A DNA stretch of 64,000 bases from Haliotis cracherodii. Lineage: Eukaryota. Shown in pieces: positions 44,901 through 56,900 of this stretch. The notes below the pieces were generated by a model, which was given only the letters and a program-made list of their open reading frames with translations, was not told the origin of the DNA and did no database searches. Each line of letters begins with the position of its first letter. Position 1 is the stretch's first letter. Both the position numbers and the translations under genes were made by a program. The stretch spans positions 53,878,001 through 53,942,000 of the forward strand of contig NW_027266275.1 in assembly GCF_022045235.1 (NCBI RefSeq), read 5' to 3'.

Positions 44901-47900
44901 TTGCTGAGACTGAAGATTCAGCTAGCCTATTGCTCATTGTGGGTAGATGGTCACTTGGTGACAGTGCGCCAGTTATAGCTGACACTGAAGATTCAGGAAT
45001 TTTGTATGGTGACTGGATATTGTTTCAGCTTTAGCAACAAAAGCAGATATTTCTTTAATAAAAGCAAAACTATGATTCCAAATACTTTCTTTTAAAAAAA
45101 CACAACTTGCAACGATGTACTTTTTGTCCCTGGCAATGTCTTTTCTTCAACACACTGAAGCATAATTAAATGGTTGGTCCCTAAGTGAAGTGATGTAATG
45201 TGTTCTCTGCCAATTTACAAAACGAATGATGTAGTAAGATCTTGATTTGAATAGTGGTGTGGCTGTTATGTCTGCATCAGTCATGGGGGATGTTGAAATA
45301 CTGGGCTCAAGTGTAGTGAGGATGACTGGGGATAGAACCATTGTCATTACTCACTGTCACAAGACAGAAGTCTTCTTTGATAACACAGTTGAGGTGACGA
45401 AATGTACCAAACCTCTATAACGTATATATGCTTGATTTGACTTGAAGAACTCTCCATGGTTGTGTTTCAGTTCGATCAGTTGTAGGGTGGAAACTAACCG
45501 ATCTTCAGGTGCAATTGGTGTGATGACCCGTGAAAAGGCATCAACATATAGAGCTGATACAGCAAGGGCACCGGGTGTCATGATTTCATCATCATTGGGA
45601 AAAGTGAGTGAGTGAGTATGGTTTTACGCCGCCTTTAGCAATACTCCAGTAGTATCACGGCAGAGGACACCAGCAATGGGCTTCACACATTGTACCCATG
45701 TCGGTAATCGAACCCGGGTCCTCGGCGTGACGAGCGAACGCTTTAACCTCTAGGCTACCCGACCGCCCCTCATTCGGAAAAGAGACAGGACCAAATGATG
45801 CCAAGTGCCAATGATCTCTGAAGATATCTGACCATTTGGTGAGTAGATTCCATCTGTGTTTGACGATATTTGAATGGATAACTAGTTTCTGATACATAAC
45901 AATTGTTATTGAAACAGTGCTAGAACTATCTGACATAATATCTAATGCCTGAGCTGCAGAAGTGATGAAAGATGTATTGGTGAGGACTACTGTGGTTGAA
46001 ACGGGGCTAATTGCAGTTTCTGCCACAAATGCTGATATACCTATGACCAACAATGGTGAAGAAATAAAAGAGGTTTGGGCACTGGAAAAGATAGTTAGAT
46101 CAGCACTGGATGACACTTGAATCGCTGAGAAGACCATGTTTTTGAACGAGAAAGTTTCAGTGGCCTAAAATGTTGCTTGGATACTAAATATAACGACTTC
46201 ATCAGTTTTGGATGATGCCTCAATCGCTGAGGAGACCATGCCATATGTTGAGGAACCTCTAGATATAGACTGTACACTTGAGATGACTTGATCAGATGTA
46301 GATGATGCCTCAATCACTGAGAGGTCCATACCAACTGATGAGGAAGTTTCAGTGGCCTCAGATGTAGTTTGGACACTTAAAAAGGTGACTTGAACAGTGC
46401 TAGATGATGCCTCAACAGCTGAAGAGACCATACTCACTATTGAGTATGTTTCGGTGGCCTCAACTGTGGTGTGAGAACTTGACGACTTAACTCGCCCTGC
46501 ACTGAATGATGCCACAGTCGCAAAGGAGACCATGTCATATGACGTGGAAGTTTCAACGGCTTCAGATGTAGATTGGGCACTTGTTGAAATGACTTGATCA
46601 ATGCTAAATGAAGCTTCAATCGCCGTAGATATCATGTCATATGATGAAAACGTTTCTGTGGTCTCAGATCTAGTTTGGACACTTGACAAGCTAACTTGAT
46701 CAGTGCTGTAGGGTGTTTCCATCATCGGCGATATAATGCCTACAGATGAGGAAGTTTCTGTGCCCTCTATTGAGGAGGCCATGCTAAATTACAAGTGAAG
46801 TCCAGTGGCCACAGATCTAGCTTGGGTAACTCAGATGACTTGTTCACAGCTAGGTGATATACCATTTATTGATGATGAAGTTGAAATGATATCTTGCAAG
46901 GTGATGACATGATCCATTTCCACTATTGGTGATGTATTATTGATCTCCGAGGTGACCTCGGAATTTGCTGAGAAGATTATTCCTGTGACAGATGTCATTT
47001 CACTCACTGCAGTGACTAGATCAACTGACGATGAAGTCGCAATGATCTCTGATTGAGCCCTTGTTGATGTAAGAAGGTGGTCTAATGCACTTCTATCTGA
47101 CACATACACATAGTTTTCAATAGACATAGAAGTAGTAACCGAACTATTTGACACAATATCTAATACCTGAGTTGTCGTAATGATGTTCTCAGCTGTGGTT
47201 GAAACAGGGACACTTGTTGATGCTGCAAATGCTGCTGTCTCAATGCCCCACAGTGATGACCAGGCAATGGAAGTATGGCCATCTGACGAGATGAGTTGAT
47301 CAGTGGTGTATGATATGTCAAAATCAACCAGAGATGAGGAGATTCCAGTGGCCTCAGATATAGCTTGAACACTTAAAAAGGTGACTTGATCAGAGCTAGA
47401 TGATGCCTCAATCGCCGAAGCAGCTATGCCATATGATGAGGACGATTCACTGGCCTCAGATGAAGATTGGTCACTGGATGACAATACTTGATCAGGGATA
47501 GATGATGCCTCAATAGTTGTTGAGATCATGGCAATTGAACTGGTACCTTTTGAAACAGCTTGGGTACTTGTTGAGATGACCTGTTCAGCACTTGATAAAG
47601 CCCCAATGGATGGTGATAATGATATAATTTGCACGGAAATAGTTTCAGTGGTGTCAGATGTAACTTGGGTTTGCGACATGATGACTTGATCAGTGTTCAA
47701 TGTTGTCTCATACACTGATGATATAGTTTCAGGGATATCTGTCGAAGGGGTGGCATTATCACTACCTACTGTTGGTGATGAATCAATGTCCTTAGATGTG
47801 GCTTTGGAACTTGCTGCGGAGTTTTCATCAGCGCTAGATGATGTTTTAGTAAATGAAACAGGAACAACTGGTGAGGCCTCGATAATCTCTGATGTCATTA

Positions 47901-50900
47901 GGTCTAGTGTTGAGAAGAGGATGTGAGTATCACTTGATGCTACATTAGATACTGAGGAGATACCACCCATTGATGAAGGTGTTTCAACTGACGGCGATGT
48001 ACTTGGTGAGGAAAAATATCCATCCAAGTGAGAATTACTTTCTTGAACATCAGCATTATTTTTACTAGACACTGAAGCAGTAACATAACTATCTGACACA
48101 ATATCTAATACCTGAGTCATAGAACTGATGATGGGTGGATCGGTAGAATGGGTTGCAGTTGATGCTGCAGATATTGATGTCCTGATGCCAAGGGATGGAG
48201 ATTGAAATGAAGTTATATGAGCACTTGAAGGGGTGAACTGATAATCGGAAGGTGATTCCTTAATATCGAATAGCGTTGTCGATGAGGTGGCTGTGACATC
48301 TGTGATCTCGGAAGTCACCTGAATAAAAATTGATGACACGTGAGGTATCGATGGTAGGATTCCCTGAGATGAAGATTCTTCAAATAGTTCTGAGATACCC
48401 AGGGCACTTGATGTCAATTCTGATACTGATGAGGCAATCACTCCTGGTGAGGCTTCAGTAATTCCGGATGTAGCCTGTACGGTTGGAGAGGAAATTGGGT
48501 ATTCATTATTTACTGACACTCCAGGTTCTCTAAAGGTGACATCAAGTGAGGCGTCTGGTGTCACCTGTGTATCAGTGCTTGATGAGACAATTTCAACTAT
48601 TGATGACTGTCTAACTGATGAAATCTTGGAACTTGCCAAAACTATTGTTGACAACATCTCTGTTGCTAATGAAATGTTGCTCAGGGATGATAAATATATA
48701 TGTTCTGTTGTAGTATGAACGGTTGAGGTTTGATCAGTGTCAGATGAAATTTCTGCTGCTGCTGATGGTGTTACCAGTTCTGATGCATCCTTGATGCTGT
48801 AAGGTGTGCCAGTTTCATCCATGCCACTGATTGCTGTGTGATGTTCCACAGTAGAGGATACAGGGTAGACATCTGAAGTTGTTTGTAATGTTCCAAATGC
48901 AGTTTCTAGTACACTTTCAAGAGCGACAATATACCTTGAGGATAAGTCAGAAACAAACAGTGATGTTTCTTCGGCGAGTGACGGTTCATGCAGTCCATCA
49001 GTAGTTGCTATGCTGCTTAACACTGACAATGAACCATAAGTCGAAACTCTGGCTGTTACAGGAACTGCTATTGATGATTCAAATACAAATAGTGATGTTT
49101 CCTCGGCGAAAGATGGTTCATGGGGTGCTTCTGTGGATTTTGGAACCGAGTCACTGTTGCTGCTTAAAATTAATGATGAAGAGGAGTTCAATTTCAATGT
49201 TTTGTCGTCACTGTTAATCGTTGATGTTACAGCTTCTGACGACATGACAGTTGAAGATGCTACTTTCTGAGGACTGCTCAGTGCTGGACTTAAGTCACTC
49301 AAGTCATTTGATGATGTAAATTCAAAAATACTATTTTCAGAAAATATTCCAGTACTGCTTTCTAGCATCGAATAACGTGATGACAATGCCTGAATAGGTG
49401 TTGAAGTTTGCTGAGGTGTTGACTGGTGAGGTGACACCAATATTTCTGGAAAAACGGATGACGCTCCTTCTATTTCTGCACTTGAGGATGAAACAGTGGA
49501 ATACACATGATCTGACATACCATTACGTAATGGAGTTGAACTAACCTGCTCCACGGATGAACTGGACAAAGATGATTCTGTTATAACAGGAATAGCACTG
49601 CTCAGAACAGGGACAACTGTTGTTGAACTCCCTAAAGGGGAATTGTGCACTGTGAATGTTGATGATTCCACTGCAGCATTACCATAACTTGATGAAGATT
49701 GGCTATCTAAACTTGATGATGGATGACCAATACTAGTTGAAACTTCATTTGTTGTGTATCCCACTGAATAGATTATGGAATCGGATGACGATCCGGGAAT
49801 ATATGTGGATCTAACATCAAAACTACTTTCAGTAGTAAGTCCATGTGTCTCGACCGATGTTGAGAACTGTCCACTTTCTTCAGTCAAAAGTCTTGTACTG
49901 CTGTCGGACGTAATCGGTGAAGATGTCTCCAGCATTACTGAAGTTGAGCTGGAAGCTTCTTGTGATGTTACTGCAGCTGACTCGGGAGCACTGGAACCTG
50001 TTAATGATGATGAAGATGACATTACACTAGACGAATCAGCTGAAGGTAACATGGTAGCTTCTAATGAGTTTGTGGATGTAGAAACTGCAGAGGAATCAGC
50101 AGTCGCATCAGCTAAAGATGACATTACAGTAGACCAATCAGTTGAAGATGACATTACAGTAGACGAATCATCTGAAGATGAGACCACAGTTGACGAATCG
50201 GCTGAAGATGACATTACAGTTGACGAATCAGCTGAAGATGACATTACAGTAGACGAACCAGCTGACGATGACATGGTAGCTCCTAATGAGTTTGTGGATG
50301 TAGAAACTGCAGAGGAATCAGCGGACGCATCAGCTAAAGATGACATTACAGTAGACCAATCAGTTGAAGATGACATTACAGTAGACGAATCAGCTGAAGA
50401 TGACATTACAGTAGACGAACCAGCTGAGGATGACATGGTCGGTGAAGAGGCAGAGGTTTCGATCAAAGATGACATCACGGTTGATGAATCAGCAAACGGA
50501 TCAGCATGAGATGACATAACAGTTGACGAATCAGCTGAAGATAACATTACTGTTGACTCAGACCATGAATCAGACGTCACAATGCCACTACTTCCTACTG
50601 AAACATGTTTAGTGTAAAATGATATGTCTTCGGTGGTGCTGCCTGCATCACTGCTGAAGAGGGTAGGAACTGGGAGCATCAATGTTAAAGCAGGCGATGA
50701 CGATAATGATAATGATGTTTCTGCAATAGTTTCCGAAAGATTAGTGATTAATGATTCGAGTATATGGGTCTGTGTTACCTTTGTGGATTCTGTCGATGAT
50801 AGGCTTTCCAGCGGAGAAGCCACAGCTTCAGTTGAGGTGACCAGTGATGAAGGTAATAGATTATCAGTTGGGGTCATAGTTGTGGAAGGTTCAGCGAAAT

Positions 50901-53900
50901 CAGCAGATGTTGTTACTGTAGACGAATCAGCTGAAGATGACATCACATTAGACAAATCAGCTGAAGATGAGATCACAGTAGACGAATCAGTTAAAGATGA
51001 CATTACGGTTGACAAATCAGCTGAAGATGACATTACAGTAGACGGATCAGCCGACGATGACATTACAGTAGACGAATCAGCCAGAGTTGAAATTACAGTT
51101 GACGGATCCGCCGAAGTTGACATAACAGTGGACGAATCGGCTGAAGATGACAATAAAATAGCCGAATCAGCTGACGATGACATCACAGTAGAGGAATCAG
51201 CTGAAGTTGACATTACAGTAGACGAATCTTCCGAAGCTGGCAATACAGTAGACGAATCAGCCGAAGATGACATGGTAGGTGAAGAGGTGGAGGTTTCGAT
51301 CGAAGATGACATCATGGTTGATGAATCAGCTGACGATGACATTAGAGTTGACGAATCCGCCGAAGCTGGCAATACAGTAGACGAATCAGCCGAAGTTGAC
51401 ATTACAGTTGACGAATCCGCCGAAGTTGACATTACAGTGGACGAATCAGCCGAAGTTGACATTACAGTAGACGAATCAGCCAAAGTTGACATTACAGTAG
51501 ACGAATCAGTCGAAGCTGGCAATACAGTAGACGAATCAGCTGAAGATGACATGGTAGGTGAAGAGGTGGAGGTTTCGATCGAAGATGACATCACAGTTGA
51601 TGAATCAGCAGACGGATCAGCTGGTGATGACATAACAGTTGACGAATCGGCTGATGACGACAATACAGTAGACGAATCAGCCGAAGTTGACATTACAGTA
51701 GACGAATCAGCCGAAGTTGACATTACAGTTGACGAATCAGCCGAAGTTGACATTATAGTAGATGAATCCGCCGAAGGTGGCAATTCAGTTGAGGAATCAA
51801 GCGAAGTTGACATTACAGTAGATGAATCAGCTGACGATGACATTAGAGTTGACGAATCCGCCGAAGTTGACATTACAGTGGACGAATCAGCTGACGATGA
51901 CATTACAGTTGACGAATCAGCTGAAGATGGCATTAGAGTAGACGAACCAGACGAAGTTGACATTACAGTTGACGAATCATCCGAAGTTGACATTGCAGTA
52001 GACGGATCAGCCGACGATGACATTACAGTAGACGAATCAGCCGACGATGACATTACAGTAGACGGATCAGCTGAAGATGACATTACAGTTGACGAATCAG
52101 CTGACGATGACATTACAGTAGACGGATCAGCCGACGATGACATTACAGTAGACGGATCAGCCGACAATGACATTACAGTGGACGAATCAGCCGACGATGA
52201 CATTACAGTAGACGAATCAGCTGAAGATGACATAACGGTTGACATATCAGCTGAAGATGACATGGTAGGTGAAGTGGTGGAGCTTTCGATCGAAGATGAC
52301 ATCACGGTTGATGAATCAGCATACTGATCAGCTGACGATAACATTACAGTTGACGAATCAGCTGAAGATGACATAGTAGGTGAAGTGGTGGAGGTTTCGA
52401 TCAAAGATGACATCACGGTTGATGAATCAGCAAACGGATCAGCATGAGATGACATAACAGTTGACGAATCAGCTGAAGATAACATTACTGTTGAATCAGA
52501 CCATGAATCAGACGTCGCAATGCCACTACTTCCTACTGAAACATGTTCAGTGTAAAATGATATGTCTTCGGTGGTGCTGCCTGCATCACTGCTGAAGAGG
52601 GTAGGAGCTGGGGGCATCAACGTTAAAGCAAGCGATGACGATAATGATAATGATAATGATGTTTCTGCAATAGTTTCCGAAAAGTTAGTGATGAATGATT
52701 CAAGTGTATGGGCCTGTGTTACCTTTGTGAATTCTGTCGACGATAGGCTTTCCAGCGGAGAAGCCACAGCTTCAGTTGAGGTGACCAGTGATGAAGGTAA
52801 TAGATTATCAGTTGGGGTCATAGTTGTGGAAGGTTCAGCGAAATCAGCAGATGTTAAAGTTGATATCACAGTTGAAGAAGCAGCAGATGGAATGGCAGTT
52901 GGCGAAGCTTCTAATGGGATCGTGGATGTAGAAACTGCAGAGGAATCAGCAGACGTATCAGCTGAAGATGACATTACAGAAGAAAAATCCGCTGAAGCTG
53001 GCAATACAGTAGACAAATCAGCTGAAGATGACATGGTAGGTGAAGAGGTGGAGGTTTCGATCGAAGATGACATCACAGTTGATGAATCAGCAGACGGATC
53101 AGCTGGTGATGACATTACAGTAGACGAATCAGCCGAAGTTGACATTGCAGTTGACGAATCAGCTGAAGATGACATTACAGTAGACGAATCAGCCGAAGTT
53201 GACATTACAGTTGACGAATCAGCCGAAATTGACATTACAGTTGACGAATCAGCCGAAGTTGACATTACAGTAGACGAATCCGCCGAAGCTGGCAATTCAG
53301 TTGAGGAACCAGCCGAAGTTGACATTACAGTAGATGAGTCAGCTGACGATGACATTAGAGTTGACGAATCCGCCGAAGTTGACATTACAGTGGACGAATC
53401 AGCTGAAGATGGCATAACAGTAGACGAACCAGACGAAGTTGACATTACAGTTGACGAATCATCTGACGATGACATTACAGTAGACGGATCAGCTGAAGAT
53501 GACATTACAGTTGACGAATCAGCCGACGATGACATTACAGTAGACGGATCAGCCGACAATGACATTACAGTGGACGAATCAGCCGACGATGACATTACAG
53601 TAGACGAATCAGCTGAAGATGACATTACAGTTGACGAATCAGCTGACGATGACATTACAGTAGACGAATCAGCTGAAGATGACATAACGGTTGACATATC
53701 AGCTGAAGATGATATGGTAGGTGAGGTGGTGGAGCTTTCGGTCGAAGATGACATCACGGTTGATGAATCAGCATACTGATCAGCTGACGATAACATTACA
53801 GTTGACGAATCAGCTGAAGATGACATAGTAGGTGAAGTGGTGGAGGTTTCGATCGAAGATGACATCACGGTTGATGAATCAGCTGAAGATAACATTACTG

Positions 53901-56900
53901 TTGACTCAGACCATGAATCAGACGTCGCAATGCCACTACTTCCTACTGAAACATGTTCAGTGTAAAATGATATGTCTTCGGTGGTGCTGCCTGCATCACT
54001 GCTGAAGAGGGTAGGAGCTGGGGGCATCAACGTTAAAGCAAGCGATGACGATAATGATAATGATAATGATGTTTCTGCAATAGTTTCCGAAAAGTTAGTG
54101 ATGAATGATTCAAGTGTATGGGCCTGTGTTACCTTTGTGAATTCTGTCGACGATAGGCTTTCCAGCGGAGAAGCCACAGCTTCAGTTGAGGTGACCAGTG
54201 ATGAAGGTAATAGATTATCAGTTGGGGTCATAGTTGTGGAAGGTTCAGCGAAATCAGCAGTTGTTAAAGTTGATATCACAGTTGAAGAAGCAGCAGATGG
54301 AATGGCAGTTGGCGAAGCTTCTAATGGGATCGTGGATGTAGAAACTGCAGAGGAATCAGCAGACGTATCAGCTGAAGATGACATTACAGAAGAAAAATCC
54401 GCTGAAGATGACATTACAGTAGACGATTCAGCTGAAGATGACACTACAGTAGACGAATCAGCTGAAGATGACATTACAGTTGACGAATCATCTGACGATG
54501 ACATTACAGTTGACGAACCAGCCGAAGTTGACATTACAGTTGACGTATCAGCTGAAGATGACATTACAGTAGACGAACCAGCTGAAGATGACATTACAGT
54601 AGACGAATCATCTGACGATGACATTACAGTAGACGAACCAGCCGAAGTTGACATTACAGTTGACGTATCAGCTGAAGATGACATTACAGTAGACGAATCA
54701 GCTGAAGATGACATTACAGTTGACGAATCAGCTGACGATGACATTACAGTAGACGAATCAACTGACGATGACATTACAGTTGACGAACCAGCCGAAGTTG
54801 ACATGACAGTAGACGAATCCGCCGAAGTTGACATTACAGTAGACGTATCAGCTGAAGATGACATTACAGTTGACGTATCAGCTGAAGATGACATTACAGT
54901 AGACGAATCAGCTGAAGATGACATTACAGTTGACGAATCAGCTGACGATGACATTACAGTTGACGAACCAGCCGAAGTTGACTTTACAGTTGACGTATCA
55001 GCTGAAGATGACATTACAGTAGACGAATCAGCTGAAGATGACATTACAGTTGACGAATCAGCTGACGATGACATTACAGTTGACGAACCAGCCGAAGTTG
55101 ACATTGCAGTTGACGTATCAGCTAAAGATGACATTACAGTTGACGAATCAGCTGAAGATGACATGACAGTAGACGAATCAGCTGTAGATGATATTACAGT
55201 TGACGAATAAGCCAAAGAAGACGTTACAGTAGGCGAATCAACTGAAGATGACATGGTAGGTGAAGAGGCAGCGGTTTCGATCGAAGATGACATCAGGGTT
55301 GACGAAGGGGTAGACATTTCAGCTGAAGATGACATTACAGCAGACCAACCTGCAGACGGATCAGCCGACGATGACATTACAGAAGACGAATCAGCCGAAG
55401 TTGACATTACAGTTGATGAATCAGCTGAAGATGACATTACAGTTGACGAATCAGCTGAAGATGGCATTACAGTAGACGAGGCAGCAGATGAAGAAACAGT
55501 TGATGGAGTTTCAGATGAGATAACAGAAGAATCAGCATATGCCAAAGATGAAGATGATGTCACGAATGATGAAATAGTAGATGAATGGGCAGTTGATGAA
55601 GCTTCAGATGAGAGCATAGCAGTAGCATCTGTAGATAAGATGACAGAAGCAGAAGCTGACAGTTGCTTGGTGGGATCAGTTTGCTCTGCTGTTTGAGTCT
55701 CGGATGAAGACACAGTGGACTCGGAGGAGTGTTGAGATAGCAGACTAACAGATGTCAGCAGTGCAGCGCTTGGTAGTTCGGTTGACGAGCCATGCGAGCT
55801 ATCAACAACCGAATCAGAATAAAGGTCACTTACTGGCGAACTTGTAATGAGGCTTACTGCTTCTGGTGAGCTAGTCGGTGAGGACATTACGTCTGAGGAC
55901 TGTCCTTGGGTGGTGAGTTCAAGGTAGGAGGACATCAGAGAACTCAGAGTCTCTGTAGAGTCTGTCTGGCTGATGATACTGGCTGCTGACTCAATCACGA
56001 CCTCTGTCAACAAAAAGCACAAACACGTCATACATCTCAAGGCATTACTAGAAGGTATTTGATGATGACAAAAAAGGATATGTTTATTATGTAACTATGT
56101 GAGGGGTGAAATCGAGGAAACCTGATGTGACTGGAATCTATGCTGTTCCATCTTTCAAATGCGATTTAGAGTGTGGCATTGGGCTGAGGTGAAATGGGGT
56201 TAACGTCATGTAATAGGTTATTGCACTTCTACAGCAACATGTGTGTCTGCATACCAGGAAGGGCACTATACCACGGCGGCGTGAGTGGGTATGATTGTAC
56301 GCCATTTTAAGAAACAGTCCAGCCATATCAAAGATTTGGACTCCAAGAAACGGATTCACGCTTTGTACTCATGGGTCTCCGGTGTGACTGGGGACGTTTG
56401 GGTGGCCTAGTTGTTAAAGTGTTCGTTCGTCACGCCGAAGGTTCGATTTATTACATGGGTATAATGACTGAAGCTCATGTATTGCCTCCCGATGTGGTAT
56501 TGCTGGAGTATTGCTAAGAGCAATACACAAATCACTCACTTCGCTGTGATGCTTCAACCGTTACACGCCGCCCCAGTTTTGGCTATGAGGCATGTAGAAG
56601 GGACATTAAACCTCGAGTCATCACTCTCAGATCGACAGAAATGTATAATAAAAAGTTTGTATAATAAGTAACTTTACATAGTACCAGGCTTTATAATTTG
56701 TATTTTGGATGTCAATATGTTCGCTTTTCAATTCTCATTGTATTGTTTTATGCTATTCGATTTTGATTAATTTGTTTGTTTGTTTGTTATTGAAAACCGC
56801 ACTTGGCAATATTCCAGTGATTTGACGGCGGTATGTAAATAATCGAGTCAGGACCAGACAACCCAGTGACTGACGTCATAACCATCGATCTACGCAATTA

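Larger units (their letters stand above)
39300..46830 (-). pseudogene. Decayed continuation of the giant mucin exon (stops, frameshifts, TE insertions); left boundary approximate
   Basis: Broken Ser/Thr-rich ORFs 46165-46782, 45655-46137, 44770-44985 and 39383-39676; the first two share repeat motifs with exon 4. Confidence 0.6.

Noticed and set aside
56395-56540. Possible tRNA genes here and at 13960, 24110, 26520 and 45700
   Set aside because: Only degenerate A/B-box heads attached to SINE bodies; no complete cloverleaf seen.
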